Of a DNA stretch of 64,000 nucleotides, positions 29,201 through 44,800 are shown one piece after another. Within the stretch, counting starts at the first letter, position 1. The number at the start of each line of letters is the position of its first letter. Made by a program: the position numbers and the translations under genes. The notes beneath the pieces were generated by a model. That model was not told where the DNA came from. It searched no databases and saw only the letters and a program-made list of their open reading frames with translations. The stretch comes from Eledone cirrhosa (Eukaryota): positions 49,662,001-49,726,000 of the forward strand of contig OZ024746.1 of the NCBI GenBank assembly GCA_964016885.1, given 5' to 3'.

Positions 29201-32200
29201 ACCAAATAAAAAACGGACCCCCTAATAAAAAACGGGCACCCAAATAAAAAACGGGGCACCCAAATAAAAAATGGGGCACCCAAATAAAAAACGGGGCACC
29301 CAAATAAAAAAGGGCACCAAAAGTAAAAAAGGGGCACCCAAATAACAAACGGGGCACCCAAATAAAAAAGATGGGGCACCCAAATAAAAAAAAGGCCTAC
29401 CCAAATAAAATAACGGACCCCCCCCCCAATAAAAACGGGCACCAAAATAAAAAACGGGGCACCCAAATAAAAAAACGGACCACCCCATAAAAAACAGGGC
29501 ACCAAAATAAAAAAAGGGGCACCCAAATAAAAATTCCCCCCATCAAAAACGGACCCCACACATATAAAATAACGGAGCACCCAAATAAAAAACTGGACAC
29601 CCAAATAAAAAAACGGGGCACCCAAATAAAAAACGGGGCACCCAAATAAAAAACGAACTTCCCCATAAGAAACGGGCACCCAAATATAAAACGGGGCCCT
29701 AAAATAAAAAACCGAACCCCCATAAAAAACGGGCACCCAAATAAAAAACGGGGCCCCCAAATAAAAAACGGGGTACCCAAATAAAAAACGGACGCCCCCG
29801 TAAGAAAACGGGCACCCAAATAAAAAACGGGGCACCCACATAAAAACACGGGGCACCCAAATAAAAAAACGGCGCCCCCAAATAAAAAAACGGAACCCCT
29901 CATAAAAAAGCGGCACCCAAATAAAGAACGGGGCACCCAAATAAAAAATGGGGCACCCAAATAAAAAACGGGACACCCAAATAAAAAACGGGGAACCCAA
30001 ATAAAAAAACGGATCCCCCCCCAATAAAAAACGGGCACCAAATTAAAAAAGGGGCACCCAAATAAAAATGCCATTATCAAAAACGTTCCCACCCCCAGAA
30101 AAAAACCGGCACCCAAATAAAATAACGGGATACCCAAATAAAAAACGGGGTACCCGAATACAAAAACGGAGTAACCAAATAAAAAAACGGACCCCCTAAT
30201 AAAAAGCGGGCACCCGAATAAAAAACGGGGCACCCAAATAAAAAATGGGGCACCCAAATAAAAAACGGGGCCCCCAAATAAAAAACAGGGGTACACAAAT
30301 AAAAAACGGACCCCCTCCCCCATAAAAAACGGGCAATAATATAATATAATAATTGTTTCTACTTTTGGCACAAGGCCAGCAATAATCCAGTGTATTACTG
30401 GTACTTTATTTTATCGACCCCGTAAGGATGAAAGCCAAAGTCAACCTAGGCTGCATTTGAACTCAGATCGTAAAGTGACGTAACTATGCTGGAAAGCATG
30501 GGGTCCGACCCTCTACCGATACTGCCAATCCGCGCCTATTATGATATAATATTATGTTATATTATAAAATTATATTATATTATATTATAATATATTATAA
30601 TATGATATAATATAATGTAATATATAATATAATACAATATCATATTATATTATATTGTAATATATTATAATATAATATAATATGAACGGACCACCCTCAT
30701 AAAAAACGGGGCACCCAAATAAAAAACGGTGCAGCCAAATAAAAAACGGGGCACCCAAATAAAATACGGGCACCCAAATAAAAAACGGGGCATGCAAATA
30801 AAAAACGCCCCCACCACATAAAAAACTTGCACTCAAATAAAAAACGGGGCACCCAAATAAAAAAACGTGGCACCCAAATAAAACACTTGGCATCCAAATA
30901 AAAAACGGGTCCTCTCCCATAAAAAATGGGCACACAAATAAGATACGGACCCACCCCCATAAAAAAGGGCACACAAATAAAGAACGGACCTCCCCCCCAT
31001 AAAAAAGGGCAACCGAATAAAAATTGGATCCACCCCCATATAAAAACAGGCACCCAAATATAAAAACGGGCACCCAAATAAAAAAACGGGGCACCCAAAT
31101 AAAAAAACCGGGCACACAAATAAAAAACGGGGCACCCAAATAAAAAACGGACCTACCCCATAAAAAAACGGGCACCCAAATAAAAAACGGAGCACCCAAA
31201 TAAAAAACGGGGCATCCAATTATAAAACGGGCACCCAAATAAAAAATGTGGCACCAAAATAAAAAAAGCGAGCCCACCCCATAAAATACGGGCACCCCAA
31301 AAAAATACGGGCACCCAAATAAAGAACGGGGCACCCAAATAAAAAACGGGGCACCCAAATAATAAACGCCCCCCCCCCTCCCATAAAAAACGGGCACCCA
31401 AATAAAAAACGGGGCACCCAAATAAAAAAACCGGGCACCCAAATAAACAAATAAAAAACAGGGTATCCAAATGAAAAACGGTCACCCGGCATAACCCTCC
31501 CCCCATAAAAAACGGACCGCCACCCCTATAGTAAAACGGCCACCGAAATAAAAAAAACGCGGGTACCCAAATAAAAAGCGGAGCACCCAAATAAAAATAT
31601 GTGACACCCACAAGTATGTGACACCCAAATAAAAATATGTGACACCCAAATAAAAAAAGGTGGCCCCCAATAAAAAAAAAACGGGGCGCCCAAACAAAAG
31701 AACTGACGGCCTCATAAAAAACGTGACACCCAAATAAAAAAACGGGGCACCCAAATAAAAAAACCGGGCACCCAAATAAACAAATAAAAAACAGGGTATC
31801 CAAATGAAAAACGGTCACCCGGCATAACCCCCCCCCCATAAAAAACGGACCGCCACCCCTATAATAAAACGGCCACCGAAATAAAAAAAACGCGGGTACC
31901 CAAATAAAAAGCGGAGCACCCAAATAAAAATATGTGACACCCACAAGTATGTGACACCCAAATAAAAATATGTGACACCCAAATAAAAAAACGTGGCCCC
32001 CAATCAAAAAAACAGGGCGCCCAAACAAAAGAACCGACGGCCTCATAAAAAACGGGACACCCAAATAAAAAAACGGGGCACCCAAATAAAAAAACGGATC
32101 CCCTCGTCCCATAAAAAACGGGCACCAAAATAAAAAAAGGGGCACCCAAATAAAAATGCCCCAATCAGAAACGTACCCCACCCCCAGAAAAAAACGGACA

Positions 32201-35200
32201 CCCAAATAAAATAACGGGACACCCAAATAAAGAACGGGGCACCCAAATAAAAAAACGGACCCCTAATAAAAAACGGGCACCCAAATAAAAAACGGGGCAC
32301 ACAAATAACAAACGGGGCAACCAAATAAAAGATGGGGCACCCAAATAAAAAACGGCGTACCTAAATAAAAAAACGGATCCCCCCCCCCAATGAAAACGGG
32401 CACCAAAATAAAAAACGGGGCACCCAAATAAAAAAACGGACCACCCCATAAAACCGGGCACCGAAATAGAAAAAGGGGCACCCAAATAAAAATGCCCCTC
32501 ATCAAAAACGGACCCCACCCACATAAAATAACGGATCACCCAAATAAAAAACAGGACATCCAAATAAAAAACAGGGCACCCAAATAAAAAACGGGGCACC
32601 CAAATAATAAACGGACCCCCCCATACGAAACGGGCACCCAAATATAAAACGGGGCCCTATATAAAAAACCGAACCCCCATAAAAACGGGCATCCAAATAA
32701 AAAACGGGGTACCCAAATAAAAAACGGACGCCACCATAGGAAAACGGGTACCCAAATAAAAAAACGGGGCACCCAAATAAAAAAACGGCGCCCCCAAATA
32801 GAAAAACGGAACCCCTCATAAAAATCGGGCACCCAAATAAAGAACGGGGCACCCAAATAAAAAACGGCCACCCTCCCATAAAAAACGGGCACCCAAATAA
32901 AAAACGGGACACCCAAATAAAAAACGGGGAACCCAAATTAAAAAATCGCCCCCCCCCCCATAAAAAACGGACACCAAATTAAAAAAGGAGCACCCAAATA
33001 AAAATGCACCCCATCAAAAACGGACCCAACGCCCAGAAAAAACCGGCACCCAAATAATATAACGGGGCACCCAAATAAAAAACGGGGCATGCAAATAAAA
33101 AACGGAGTAACCAAATAAAAAAACGGACCCCCTAATAAAAACCGGGCACCCAAATAAAAAACGGGGCACCCAAATAAAAAATGGGGCACCCAAATAAAAA
33201 ACGAGGCCCCCAAATAAAAAACAGGGGTACACAAATAAAAAACGGACCACCCCTCATAAAAAACGGGCAATAATATAATATAATAATATAATATAATATT
33301 ATATTATGATATAATATAATTGTTTCTACTTAAGGCTCAAGGCCAGCTATTACACAGTGCATTACTGGTACTTTATTTTATCGACCCCAAAAGGATGAAA
33401 GCCAAAGTCAACCTAGGCTGCATTTGAACTCAGATCGTAAAGGGACGTAACTATGCTGGAAAGCATGGGGTCTGACCCTCTACCGATACTGCCAATCCGC
33501 GCCTAATATGATATAATATTATATTATATTATAAAATTATATTATATTATATTATAATATATTATAATATGATATAATGTAATGTAATATATAATACAAT
33601 ACAATATCATATTATATTATATTGTAATATATTATAATATAATATAATATGAACGGACCACCCTCATAAAAAACGAGGCACACAAATAAAAAACGGTGCA
33701 GCCAAATAAAAAAACGGGGCACCCAAGTACAATACGGGGCACCCAAATAAACAACGTGGCATCCAAATAAAAAACGGGGCACTCAAATACAAAACGGGCA
33801 CCCAAATAAAAAACGGGGCATGCAAATAAAAAACGCTCCCCCCCCCCACACACATAAAAAACTTGCACTCAAATAAAAAACGGAGTACCCAAATAAAAAA
33901 ACGTGGCAGCCAAATAAAACACTTGGCATCCAAATAAAAAACGGGCCCTCTCCCATAAAAAATGGGCACACAAATAAAGAACGGACCCCATCAAAAACGT
34001 TCAAACCCCCAGAAAAAAACCGGCACCCAAATAAAATAACGGGGCACCCTAATAAAAAACGGGGGACACAAATACAAAAACGGAGTAACCAAATAAAAAA
34101 CGGACCCCCTAATAAAAAACGGGCACCCAAATAACGGAGCACCCAAATAAAAAACTGGACACCCAAATAAAAAAACGGGGCACCCAAATAAAAAACGGGG
34201 CACCCAAATAAAAAACGAACTTCCCCATAAGAAACGGGCACCCAAATATAAAACGGGGCCCTAAAATAAAAAACCGAACCCCCATAAAAAACGGGCACCC
34301 AAATAAAAACGGGGCCCCCAAATAAAAAACGGGGTACCCAAATAAAAAACGGACGCCCTCGTAAGAAAACGGGCACCCAAATAAAAAACGGGGCACCCAC
34401 ATAAAAACACGGGGCACCCAAATAAAAAAACGGCGCCCCCAAATAAAAAAACGGAACCCCTCATAAAAAAGCGGCACCCAAATAAAGAACGGGGCACCCA
34501 AATAAAAAATGGGGCACCCAAATAAAAAACGGACCATAAAAAACGAGAACCCAAATAAAAAACGGGACACCCAAATAAAAAACGGGGAACCCAAATAAAA
34601 AAACGGATCCCCCCCCAATAAAAAACGGGCACCAAATTAAAAAAGGGGCACCCAAATAAAAATGCCATTATCAAAAACGTTCCCACCCCCAGAAAAAAAC
34701 CGGCACCCAAATAAAATAACGGGATACCCAAATAAAAAACGGGGTACCCGAATACAAAAACGGAGTAACCAAATAAAAAAACGGACCCCCTAATAAAAAG
34801 CGGGCACCCGAATAAAAAACGGGGCACCCAAATAAAAAATGGGGCACCCAAATAAAAAACGGGGCCCCCAAATAAAAAACAGGGGTACACAAATAAAAAA
34901 CGGACCCCCTCCCCCATAAAAAACGGGCAATAATATAATATAATAATTGTTTCTACTTTTGGCACAAGGCCAGCAATAATCCAGTGTATTACTGGTACTT
35001 TATTTTATCGAAATATTATATTATGATATAATATAATTGTTTCTACTTTAGGCTCAAGGCCAGCTATTACACAGTGCATTACTGGTACTTTATTTTATCG
35101 ACCCCGTAAGGATGAAAGCCAAAGTCAACCTAGGCTGCATTTGAACTCAGATCGTAAAGTGACGTAACTATGCTGGAAAGCATGGGGTCCGACCCTCTAC

Positions 35201-38200
35201 CGATACTGCCAATCCGCGCCTATTATGATATAATATTATGTTATATTATAAAATTATATTATATTATATTATAATATATTATAATATGATATAATATAAT
35301 GTAATATATAATATAATACAATATCATATTATATTATATTGTAATATATTATAATATAATATAATATGAACGGACCACCCTCATAAAAAACGGGGCACCC
35401 AAATAAAAAACGGTGCAGCCAAATAAAAAACGGGGCACCCAAATAAAAAACGGGGCATGCAAATAAAAAACGCCCCCACCACATAAAAAACTTGCACTCA
35501 AATAAAAAACGGGGCACCCAAATAAAAAAACGTGGCACCCAAATAAAACACTTGGCATCCAAATAAAAAACGGGTCCTCTCCCATAAAAAATGGGCACAC
35601 AAATAAGATACGGACCCACCCCCATAAAAAAGGGCACACAAATAAAGAACGGACCTCCCCCCCATAAAAAAGGGCAACCGAATAAAAATTGGATCCACCC
35701 CCATATAAAAACAGGCACCCAAATATAAAAACGGGCACCCAAATAAAAAAACGGGGCACCCAAATAAAAAAACCGGGCACACAAATAAAAAACGGGGCAC
35801 CCAAATAAAAAACGGACCTACCCCATAAAAAAACGGGCACCCAAATAAAAAACGGAGCACCCAAATAAAAAACGGGGCATCCAATTATAAAACGGGCACC
35901 CAAATAAAAAATGTGGCACCAAAATAAAAAAAGCGAGCCCACCCCATAACATACGGGCACCCCAAAAAAATACGGGCACCCAAATAAAGAACGGGGCACC
36001 CAAATAAAAAACGGGGCACCCAAATAATAAACGCCCCCCCCCCCCCTCCCATAAAAAACGGGCACCCAAATAAAAAACGGGGCACCCAAATAAAAAAACC
36101 GGGCACCCAAATAAACAAATAAAAAACAGGGTATCCAAATGAAAAACGGTCACCCGGCATAACCCTCCCCCCATAAAAAACGGACCGCCACCCCTATAGT
36201 AAAACGGCCACCGAAATAAAAAAAACGCGGGTACCCAAATAAAAAGCGGAGCACCCAAATAAATATATGTGACACCCACAAGTATGTGACACCCAAATAA
36301 AAATATGTGACACCCAAATAAAAAAAGGTGGCCCCCAATAAAAAAAAAACGGGGCGCCCAAACAAAAGAACCGACGGCCTCATAAAAAACGTGACACCCA
36401 AATAAAAAAACGGGGCACCCAAATAAAAAAACCGGGCACCCAAATAAACAAATAAAAAACAGGGTATCCAAATGAAAAACGGTCACCCGGCATAACCCCC
36501 CCCCCCATAAAAAACGGACCGCCACCCCTATAATAAAACGGCCACCGAAATAAAAAAAACGCGGGTACCCAAATAAAAAGCGGAGCACCCAAATAAAAAT
36601 ATGTGACACCCACAAGTATGTGACACCCAAATAAAAATATGTGACACCCAAATAAAAAAACGTGGCCCCCAATCAAAAAAACAGGGCGCCCAAACAAAAG
36701 AACCGACGGCCTCATAAAAAACGGGACACCCAAATAAAAAAACGGGGCACCCAAATAAAAAAACGGATCCCCTCGTCCCATAAAAAACGGGCACCAAAAT
36801 AAAAAAAGGGGCACCCAAATAAAAATGCCCCAATCAGAAACGTACCCCACCCCCAGAAAAAAACGGACACCCAAATAAAATAACGGGACACCCAAATAAA
36901 GAACGGGGCACCCAAATAAAAAAAGGACCCCCTCATAAAAAACGGGCACCCAAATAAAATACTGACCCGACCCCGTAAAAAAACGGGGCACCCAAATAAA
37001 AAACGGGGCCCCCGAATAAAAAAACAGGGGCACCGAAATAAAAAACGGACCCCCCCCCCCCATAAAAAAGGGACAATAATATAATATAATAACATAATAT
37101 AATATTATATTATAATTGTTTCTACATTAGGCTCAAGGCCAGAAAATACCCAGTGCATTACTGGTACTTTATTTTATTGACCCCGTCAGGATGAAAGGCA
37201 AAGGCAACATCGGCGGGATTTGAACTCAGATCGTAAAGGGACGTAACTATGCTGGAAAGAATGGCGTCCGACCCTCTACCGATACTGCCAATCTGCGCCT
37301 ATTATAATATAATATTATATTATCTTAAAATATAATTGTTTCTACTTTTGGCACAAGGCCACAATATAATATTATATTATATTATATTAAAATATAATAT
37401 TATGTTATATCATAATATAATATAATATAATATAATATAATATAATATTATATTATATTTTAATATAATATAATATAATAAATTATAATATTATATTATA
37501 TTATATTATATTATATTATATTATATTATATTATATTATATTATAATATAATATATTATGATATAATATAATATTATATTATATTATATTAAAATATAAT
37601 ATTATATTATATTATATTATATTGTAATATATTATAATATAATATAATATGAACGGACCACCCCCATTAAAAACCGGGCACGCAAATAAAAACGGGGCAG
37701 CCAAATAAAAAAACGGGGCACCCAAATAAAAAACCGGGCATCCAAATAAAAAAACGGGGCACCCAAATAAAAAAACGGTGCCGCCAAATAAAAAAACGGG
37801 GCACCCAAATAAAAAAACGGAACGCCCCCCCCCCCCCATAAAACGGACGCCCAACAAAAAACGTGCACCCAAATAAAAAAGCACCCCCCCCCATAAAAAA
37901 CGAGCACCCAAATGAAAAACGGGGCACCTAAATAAAAAAACGGGGCACCCAAATAAAAAACAGACGACCCAAATATAATAACGGGACACCCAAATAAAGA
38001 ACGGGGCACCCAAATAAAAACGGGGTACCCAAATAAAAAAAGGACCCCCTCATAAAAAACGGGCACCCATATAAAAAAAAGGGCACCCAAATAAAAAAAC
38101 GGGGCACCCAAATAAAATACGGACCTCCGCATAAGAAAAGTGCACACAAATAAAAGATGTGGCAACAAAATAAAAAAAACGGACCCCACCACATAAAAAA

Positions 38201-41200
38201 CGGACACCCAAATAAAAAACGGAATATTACATTATATTATAATATAATATAATTGTTTCTACGTTAGGCACAAGGCCAGCAAATAACCAGTGCATTACTG
38301 GTACTTTATTTTATCGACCCCGTAAGGATGAAAGGCAAAGTCAACCTCGGCGGGATTTGAACTCAGATCGTAAAGGGACGTAACTATGCTGGAAAGCATG
38401 GCGTCCGACCCTCTATCGATACTGCCAATCCACCAATATGATATAATATAATATTATATTATATTATATTAAAATACAATATTATAATATAATATATGAA
38501 CGGACCACCCCCATAAAAAAACGAGCATCCAAATAAAAATCGGGGCACCCAAATAAAATAACGGGGCACCCAAATAGTAAACGGGGCACCCAAATAAAAA
38601 ACGATGCACCCAAAAGAAAAAAAGGGCGCCAAAATAAAAAAGGGGGCACCCAAATAACAAACGCGGCACCTAAAAATAAAAGATGGGGCACCCAAATAAA
38701 AAAACGGCGTACCCAAATAAAAAAAACAGACCCCCCCCCCCAATAAAAACGGGCACCAAAATAAAAAATGGGGCACCCAAATAAAAAAACGGACCACCCC
38801 ATAAAAAACGGGCACCAAAATAAAAAAAGGGGCACCCAAATAAAAATGGGCCCATCAAAAACGGACCCCACCCACATAAAATAACGGAGCACCCAAATAA
38901 AAAACGGGACACCGAAATAAAAAAACGGGGCACCCAAATAAAAACGGGGCACCCAAATAAAAAACGGACCCCCCTCCATAAGAAACGGGCACCCAAATAA
39001 AAAACGGGGCCCTAAAATAAAAAACCGAACCCCCATAAAAAACGGGCACCCAAATATAAAACGGGGCACCCAAATAAAAACCGGGGTACCCAAATAAAAA
39101 ACGGACGGCCCCGTAAGTAAACGGGCACCCAAATAAAAAAAGGGGCACCCACATAAAAACATGGGGCACCCAAATAAAGAAACGGCGCCCCCAAATAAAA
39201 AAACCGAACCCCTCATAAAAAACGGGCACCTAAATAAAGAATGGGGCACCCAAATAAAAAATGGGGCACCCAAATAAAAAACGGACCACCCTCCCATAAA
39301 AAACGGGGCACCCAAATAAAAAACGGGACACCCAAATAAAAAACGGGGAACCAAAATAAAAAAACGGATCCCCCCCAATAAAAAACGGGCACCAAATTAA
39401 AAAAGGTACACCCAAATATAAATGCCCCCATCAAAAACGTTCCCACCCCCACAAAAAAACCGGCACCCAAATAAAATAACGGGACACCCAAATAAAAAAG
39501 GGGGTACACAAATACAAAAACGGAGTAACCAAATAAAAAAACGGACCCCCTAATAAAAAACGGGCACCCAAATTAAAAACAGGGGTACACAAATAAAAAA
39601 CGGACACCCCCATAAAAAACGGGCAATAATATAATATAATAATTGTTTCTACTTTTGGCACAAGGCCAGCAATAACCCAGTGTATTACTGGTACTTTATT
39701 TTATCGAAATATATTATGATATAATATAATTGTTTCTACTTTAGGCTCAAGGCTAGCTATTACACAGTGCATTACTGGTACTCTATTTTATCGACCCCGT
39801 AAGGATGAAAGCCAAAGTCAACCTAGGCTACATTTGAACTCAGATCGTAAAGGGACGTAACTATGCTGGAATGCATGGGGTCCGACCCTCTACCGATACT
39901 GCCAATCCGCGCCTATTATGATATAATATTATATTATATTATAAAATTATATTATATTATATTATAATATATTATAATATGATATAATGTAATGTAATAT
40001 ATAATATAATACAATATCATATTATATTATATTGTAATATATTATAATATAATATAATATGAACGGACCACCCTCATGAAAAACGGGGCACCCAAATAAA
40101 AAACGTTGCACCCAAATAAAAAAACGTGGCATCCAAATAAAACACTTGGCATCCAAATAAAAAACGGGCCCTCTCCCATAAAAAATGGGCACACATATAA
40201 GATACGGATCCCCCCCATAAAAAAGAGCACACAAATAAAGAACGGACCCCCCCCCATAAAAAAGGGCAACCGAATAAAAATTGGGTCCACCTCCATATAA
40301 AAACGGGCACCCAAATAAAAAACGGGGCAGCCAAATAAAACACAGTGCACCCAAATATAAAAACGGGAAGCCAAATAAAAAAACGGGGCACCCAAATAAA
40401 AAAACCAGGCCACAAATAAAAAACGGGGCACCCAAATAAAAAACGGACCTACCCCATAAAAAAACGGGCACCCAAATAAAAAACGGGGCACCCAATTATA
40501 AAACGGGCACACAAATAAAATCGGGGTATTCAATTGAAAAATGGTCACCCGGCATAAAAAACGCCCCGCCCCCATAAATAAAAAAAAGCGACCCCACCCC
40601 ATAAAATAGGGCAGCCCCCAAAAATACGGGCACACAAATAAAGAACGGGGCACCCAAATAAAAAACGGGGCACCCAAATAAAAAAACAGGGCACCCAAAT
40701 AAAAAACGGGATATCCAATTGAAAAACGGTCACCCGGCATAAAAAACGCCCCGCCCCCATAAAAAACGGACCGCCACCCCTATAAAAAAACCGGCACCGA
40801 AATAAAAAAACGGGGGTACCCAAATAAAAAGCGGTGCACCCAAATAAAAATATGGGACACCCACATAAAAAACCGGGCACCCACATAAAAAGACGGGGCC
40901 CCAAACAAAAAAACGGGGCCCCCAAACAAAAGAACCGACGCCCTCATAAAAAACGGGACACCCAAATAAAAAAACGGGGCACCCAAATAAAAAACGAATC
41001 CCCTCCTCCCATAAAAAACGGGCACCAAAATAAAAAAGGGGGCACCCAAATAAAAATGCCCCCATCAGAAACGGACCACACCCCCAGAAAAAAACGGGCA
41101 CCCAAATAAAATAACGGGACACCCAAATAAAAAATGGGGCACCCAAATAAAAAACGGACCCCCTCCCATAACAAACGGGCACCCAAATAAAAGATGGGGT

Positions 41201-41832
41201 ACCCAAATAAAAAACGGACCCCCTCCGATAAAAAAACGGGCACCCAAATAAAAGACGGGACACCCAAATAAAATAACGGGGCACCCAAATAAAAAAACTG
41301 ACCCCCCCCCCCCCATAAAAAACGGGCACCCAAATAAAAAACGGAGACCCCCCATAAAACACGGGCACCCAAATAAAAGACGGGGCACCGAAATAAAAAA
41401 CGGGGCACCCAAATAAAAAACAGAAGTACCCAAATAAGAAACGGACCCCCCCCCCCAATAAAAACGGGCAATAATATAATATAATAATATAATATAATAT
41501 TATAATTGTTTCTACTTTAGGCTCAAGGCCAGCAAATACCCAGTGCATTACTGGAACTTTATTTTATCGACCCCGTAAGAATGAAAGGCAACGTCAACCT
41601 CGGCGGGATTTGAACTCAGATCGTAAAGGGACGTAACTATGCTGGAAAGCATGGCGTCTGACCCTCTACCGATGCTGCCAATCCGCGCCTATTATAACTG
41701 ACCCCATCCCATAAAAAACGGGGCACCCAAATAAAAAACGGGGCACCCAAATAAAAAACGGGGCCCCCAAATAAAAAAACAAGGGCACCCAAATAAAAAG
41801 CGGACCCCCCCCCCCCCCATAAAAAACAGACA
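26300..41832. repeat. Long minisatellite arrays (26300-28381, 28763-30336, 30684-33270, 33651-34930, 35368-37076, 37651-38223, 38498-39625, 40061-41470, 41697-41832) punctuated by minus-strand SINEs (28430, 30351, 33318, 35035, 37114, 38251, 39728, 41504); higher-order repeat
   Basis: 27375-32260 is repeated at 32265-36920, with a more diverged copy at ~38500-41470. Internal duplications of ~0.9 kb and ~0.33 kb are also visible. Confidence 0.9.
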
Positions 41833-41875
41833 ATAATATAATATAATAACATAATATAATATTATAATATAATAT

Positions 41876-44800
41876 AATTGTTTCTACATTAGGTTCAAGG
41901 CCAGCAAATAGCCAGTGCATTACTGGTACTTTATTTTATTGACCCCGTCAGGATGAAAGCCAAAGGCAACCTCGGCGGGATTTGAACTCACATCGTAAAG
42001 AGACGTACCTATGCTGGAAAGAATGGCGTCCGACCCTCTACCGATGCTGCCAATCCGCGCCTATTATAATACAATATTATATTATATTATAAGTACCAGT
42101 AATGCACTGGGTATTTGCTGGCCTTGTGCCTAAATTAGAAACAAATATTATATTATATTATAATATTATATTATATTATATTAAAATATAATATAATATA
42201 TTACAATATAATATCATATTATATTATATTATATTATATTATATTATATTATATTATATTATATTATATTATATTATATTATATTATATATTATATCATA
42301 TTATATTATATTATATTATAATATATTATAATATAATATAATATTATATAATATAATATAAGATAATATAATATATAATATAATATAATATTATATTATA
42401 TTATATCATAATATAATATAATATAATATTATATTATATTATATTATAATATAATATAATATAATATATTATAATATTATATTATATTATATTATAATAT
42501 CATATAATATAATATATTATAATATTATATTATATTATATTATATTATAATATAATATATTATGATATAATATAATATATTATATTAAAATATAATAAAT
42601 ATATTATAATATAATATAATATGACGGACCACACCCATTAAAAACCGGGCACCCAAATAAAAAACGCGGCAGCCAAATAGAAAAACGGGGCACCCAAATG
42701 AAAAACGGGGCACCCAAATAAAAAACGGGCACCCAAATAAAAAAAACGGGACCGCCAAATAAAAAACGGGGCACCCAAATAAAAAACGGAACAGCATGGC
42801 GGGAAAGCATGGCGGGAAAGCATGGCGGGAAAGCATGGCGTCCGACCCTCTACCGATACTGCAAACCCGCGCCTACTATGATATAAGATTATATTATAAT
42901 ATAAGGGCGATGAATTTGCAGTATCGTTAGAGGATTGGACGCCATGTTTTCTAGCATAGTTATGTCCCTTTACAGTCTGAGTTCAAATCTCGTCGAGGTT
43001 AACTTTGCCTTTCATCCTTACGAGGTCGATAAAATAAATTACCTGTAATGCACTGGGAAATTGCTGGACTTGAGCCTAAAGTAGAAACAATTATATTATA
43101 ATATAATATAATATAATATAATATAATATAATATTATAATATATATAATATATTATAATATAATATAATATTATATTATATTATAATATATTATAATTGT
43201 TTCTACTTTAGGCACAAGGCCAGCAATTACCCAGTGCATTACTGGTACTTTATTTTATCGACCCCGTAAGTTTGAAAGGCCAAGTCAACCTCGGCGGGGT
43301 TTGAACTCAGATTGTAAATGGACGTAACTATGGTGGAAAGCATGGCGTCCGACCCGCTACCGATACTGCCATTATAATATTATATTATATTATCCAGCAT
43401 AGTTACGTCCCTTTACGATCTGAGTTCAAATCCCGCCGAGGTTGACTTTGCCTTTCATCCTTACGGGGTCGATAAAATAAAGTACCAGTAATGCACTGGG
43501 TAATTGCTGGCCTTGTGCCTAAAGTAGAAACAATTATATTATAGTATATTATATTATAATATAATATTATATTATATTATATTGTAATATATTATATTAT
43601 ATTGTAATATATTATAATATATGAACGGACCACCCAAATAAAAAATGGACCCTCCCCCATAAAAAACGGGCACCCAAATAAAAAACGGGGGACCCTAATA
43701 AAAAAACGAGGCACACATATTAAAAACGGGCACCCAAATTAAAAACGGGGCACCCAAATATAAAAACGCCCACACCCTCATCTATAAAAAGACGGGCACT
43801 CAAATAAAAGACAGGGCAGCCAAATAAAAAAAAAGGGGCACCCAAACAAAAAAAACGGGGTATCCAAATAAAAAAACGGGGCACCGAAATAAAAAACGGG
43901 GCACCGAAATGAAAAACGGGGCACCCAAATAAAAAACGGACACCCAAATAAAAAACGGGGCACCCAAATAAAAAAAACGGACCCCCCTCCCCTATAAAAA
44001 GACGGGCACTCAAATAAAAAACGGTGCACCCAAATAAAAAAACGGGGCACCCAAATAAAAAAACGGGGCATCCAAATAAAAAGCGGGGCACCCAAACAAT
44101 AAACGGGGCACCAGAATAAAAAAACGGGGCCCCCAAATAAAAAACCGCGGTACACAAATAAAAAACGGCCCCAACCCCATAAAAAACGGGCAATAATATC
44201 ATATAGTAATATAATATTATATTATATTATAATATAATATAATTGTTTCTACTTTAGGCTCAAGGCCAGATATTACACAGTGCATTACTGGTACTTTATT
44301 TTATCGACACCAAAAGGATGAAAGGCAAAGTCAACCTCGGCTGGATTTGAACTAAGATCGTAAACGGACGTAACTATGCTGGAAAGCATGGGGTCCAACC
44401 CTCTACCGATACTGCCAATCCGCGCCTATTATGATATAATATTATGTTATATTATAAAATTATATTGTATTATATTATAATATATTATATTATATAATAT
44501 CATGTAATATAATATAATATATAATATAATACAATATCATATTATATTATATTATATTGTAATATATTATAATATAATATATAATTGTTTCTACTATTGG
44601 CACAAGGCCAGAAATTACCCAGTACATTACTGGTACTTTATTTTATCGACCCCGTAAGGATGAAAGGCAAAGTTAACCTCGGCGGGATTTGAACTCAGAA
44701 TATAATATATAATATAATACAATATCATATTATATTATATTGTAATATATTATAATATAATATATGAACGGACCACCCCCATAAAAAACGGGGCACCCAA

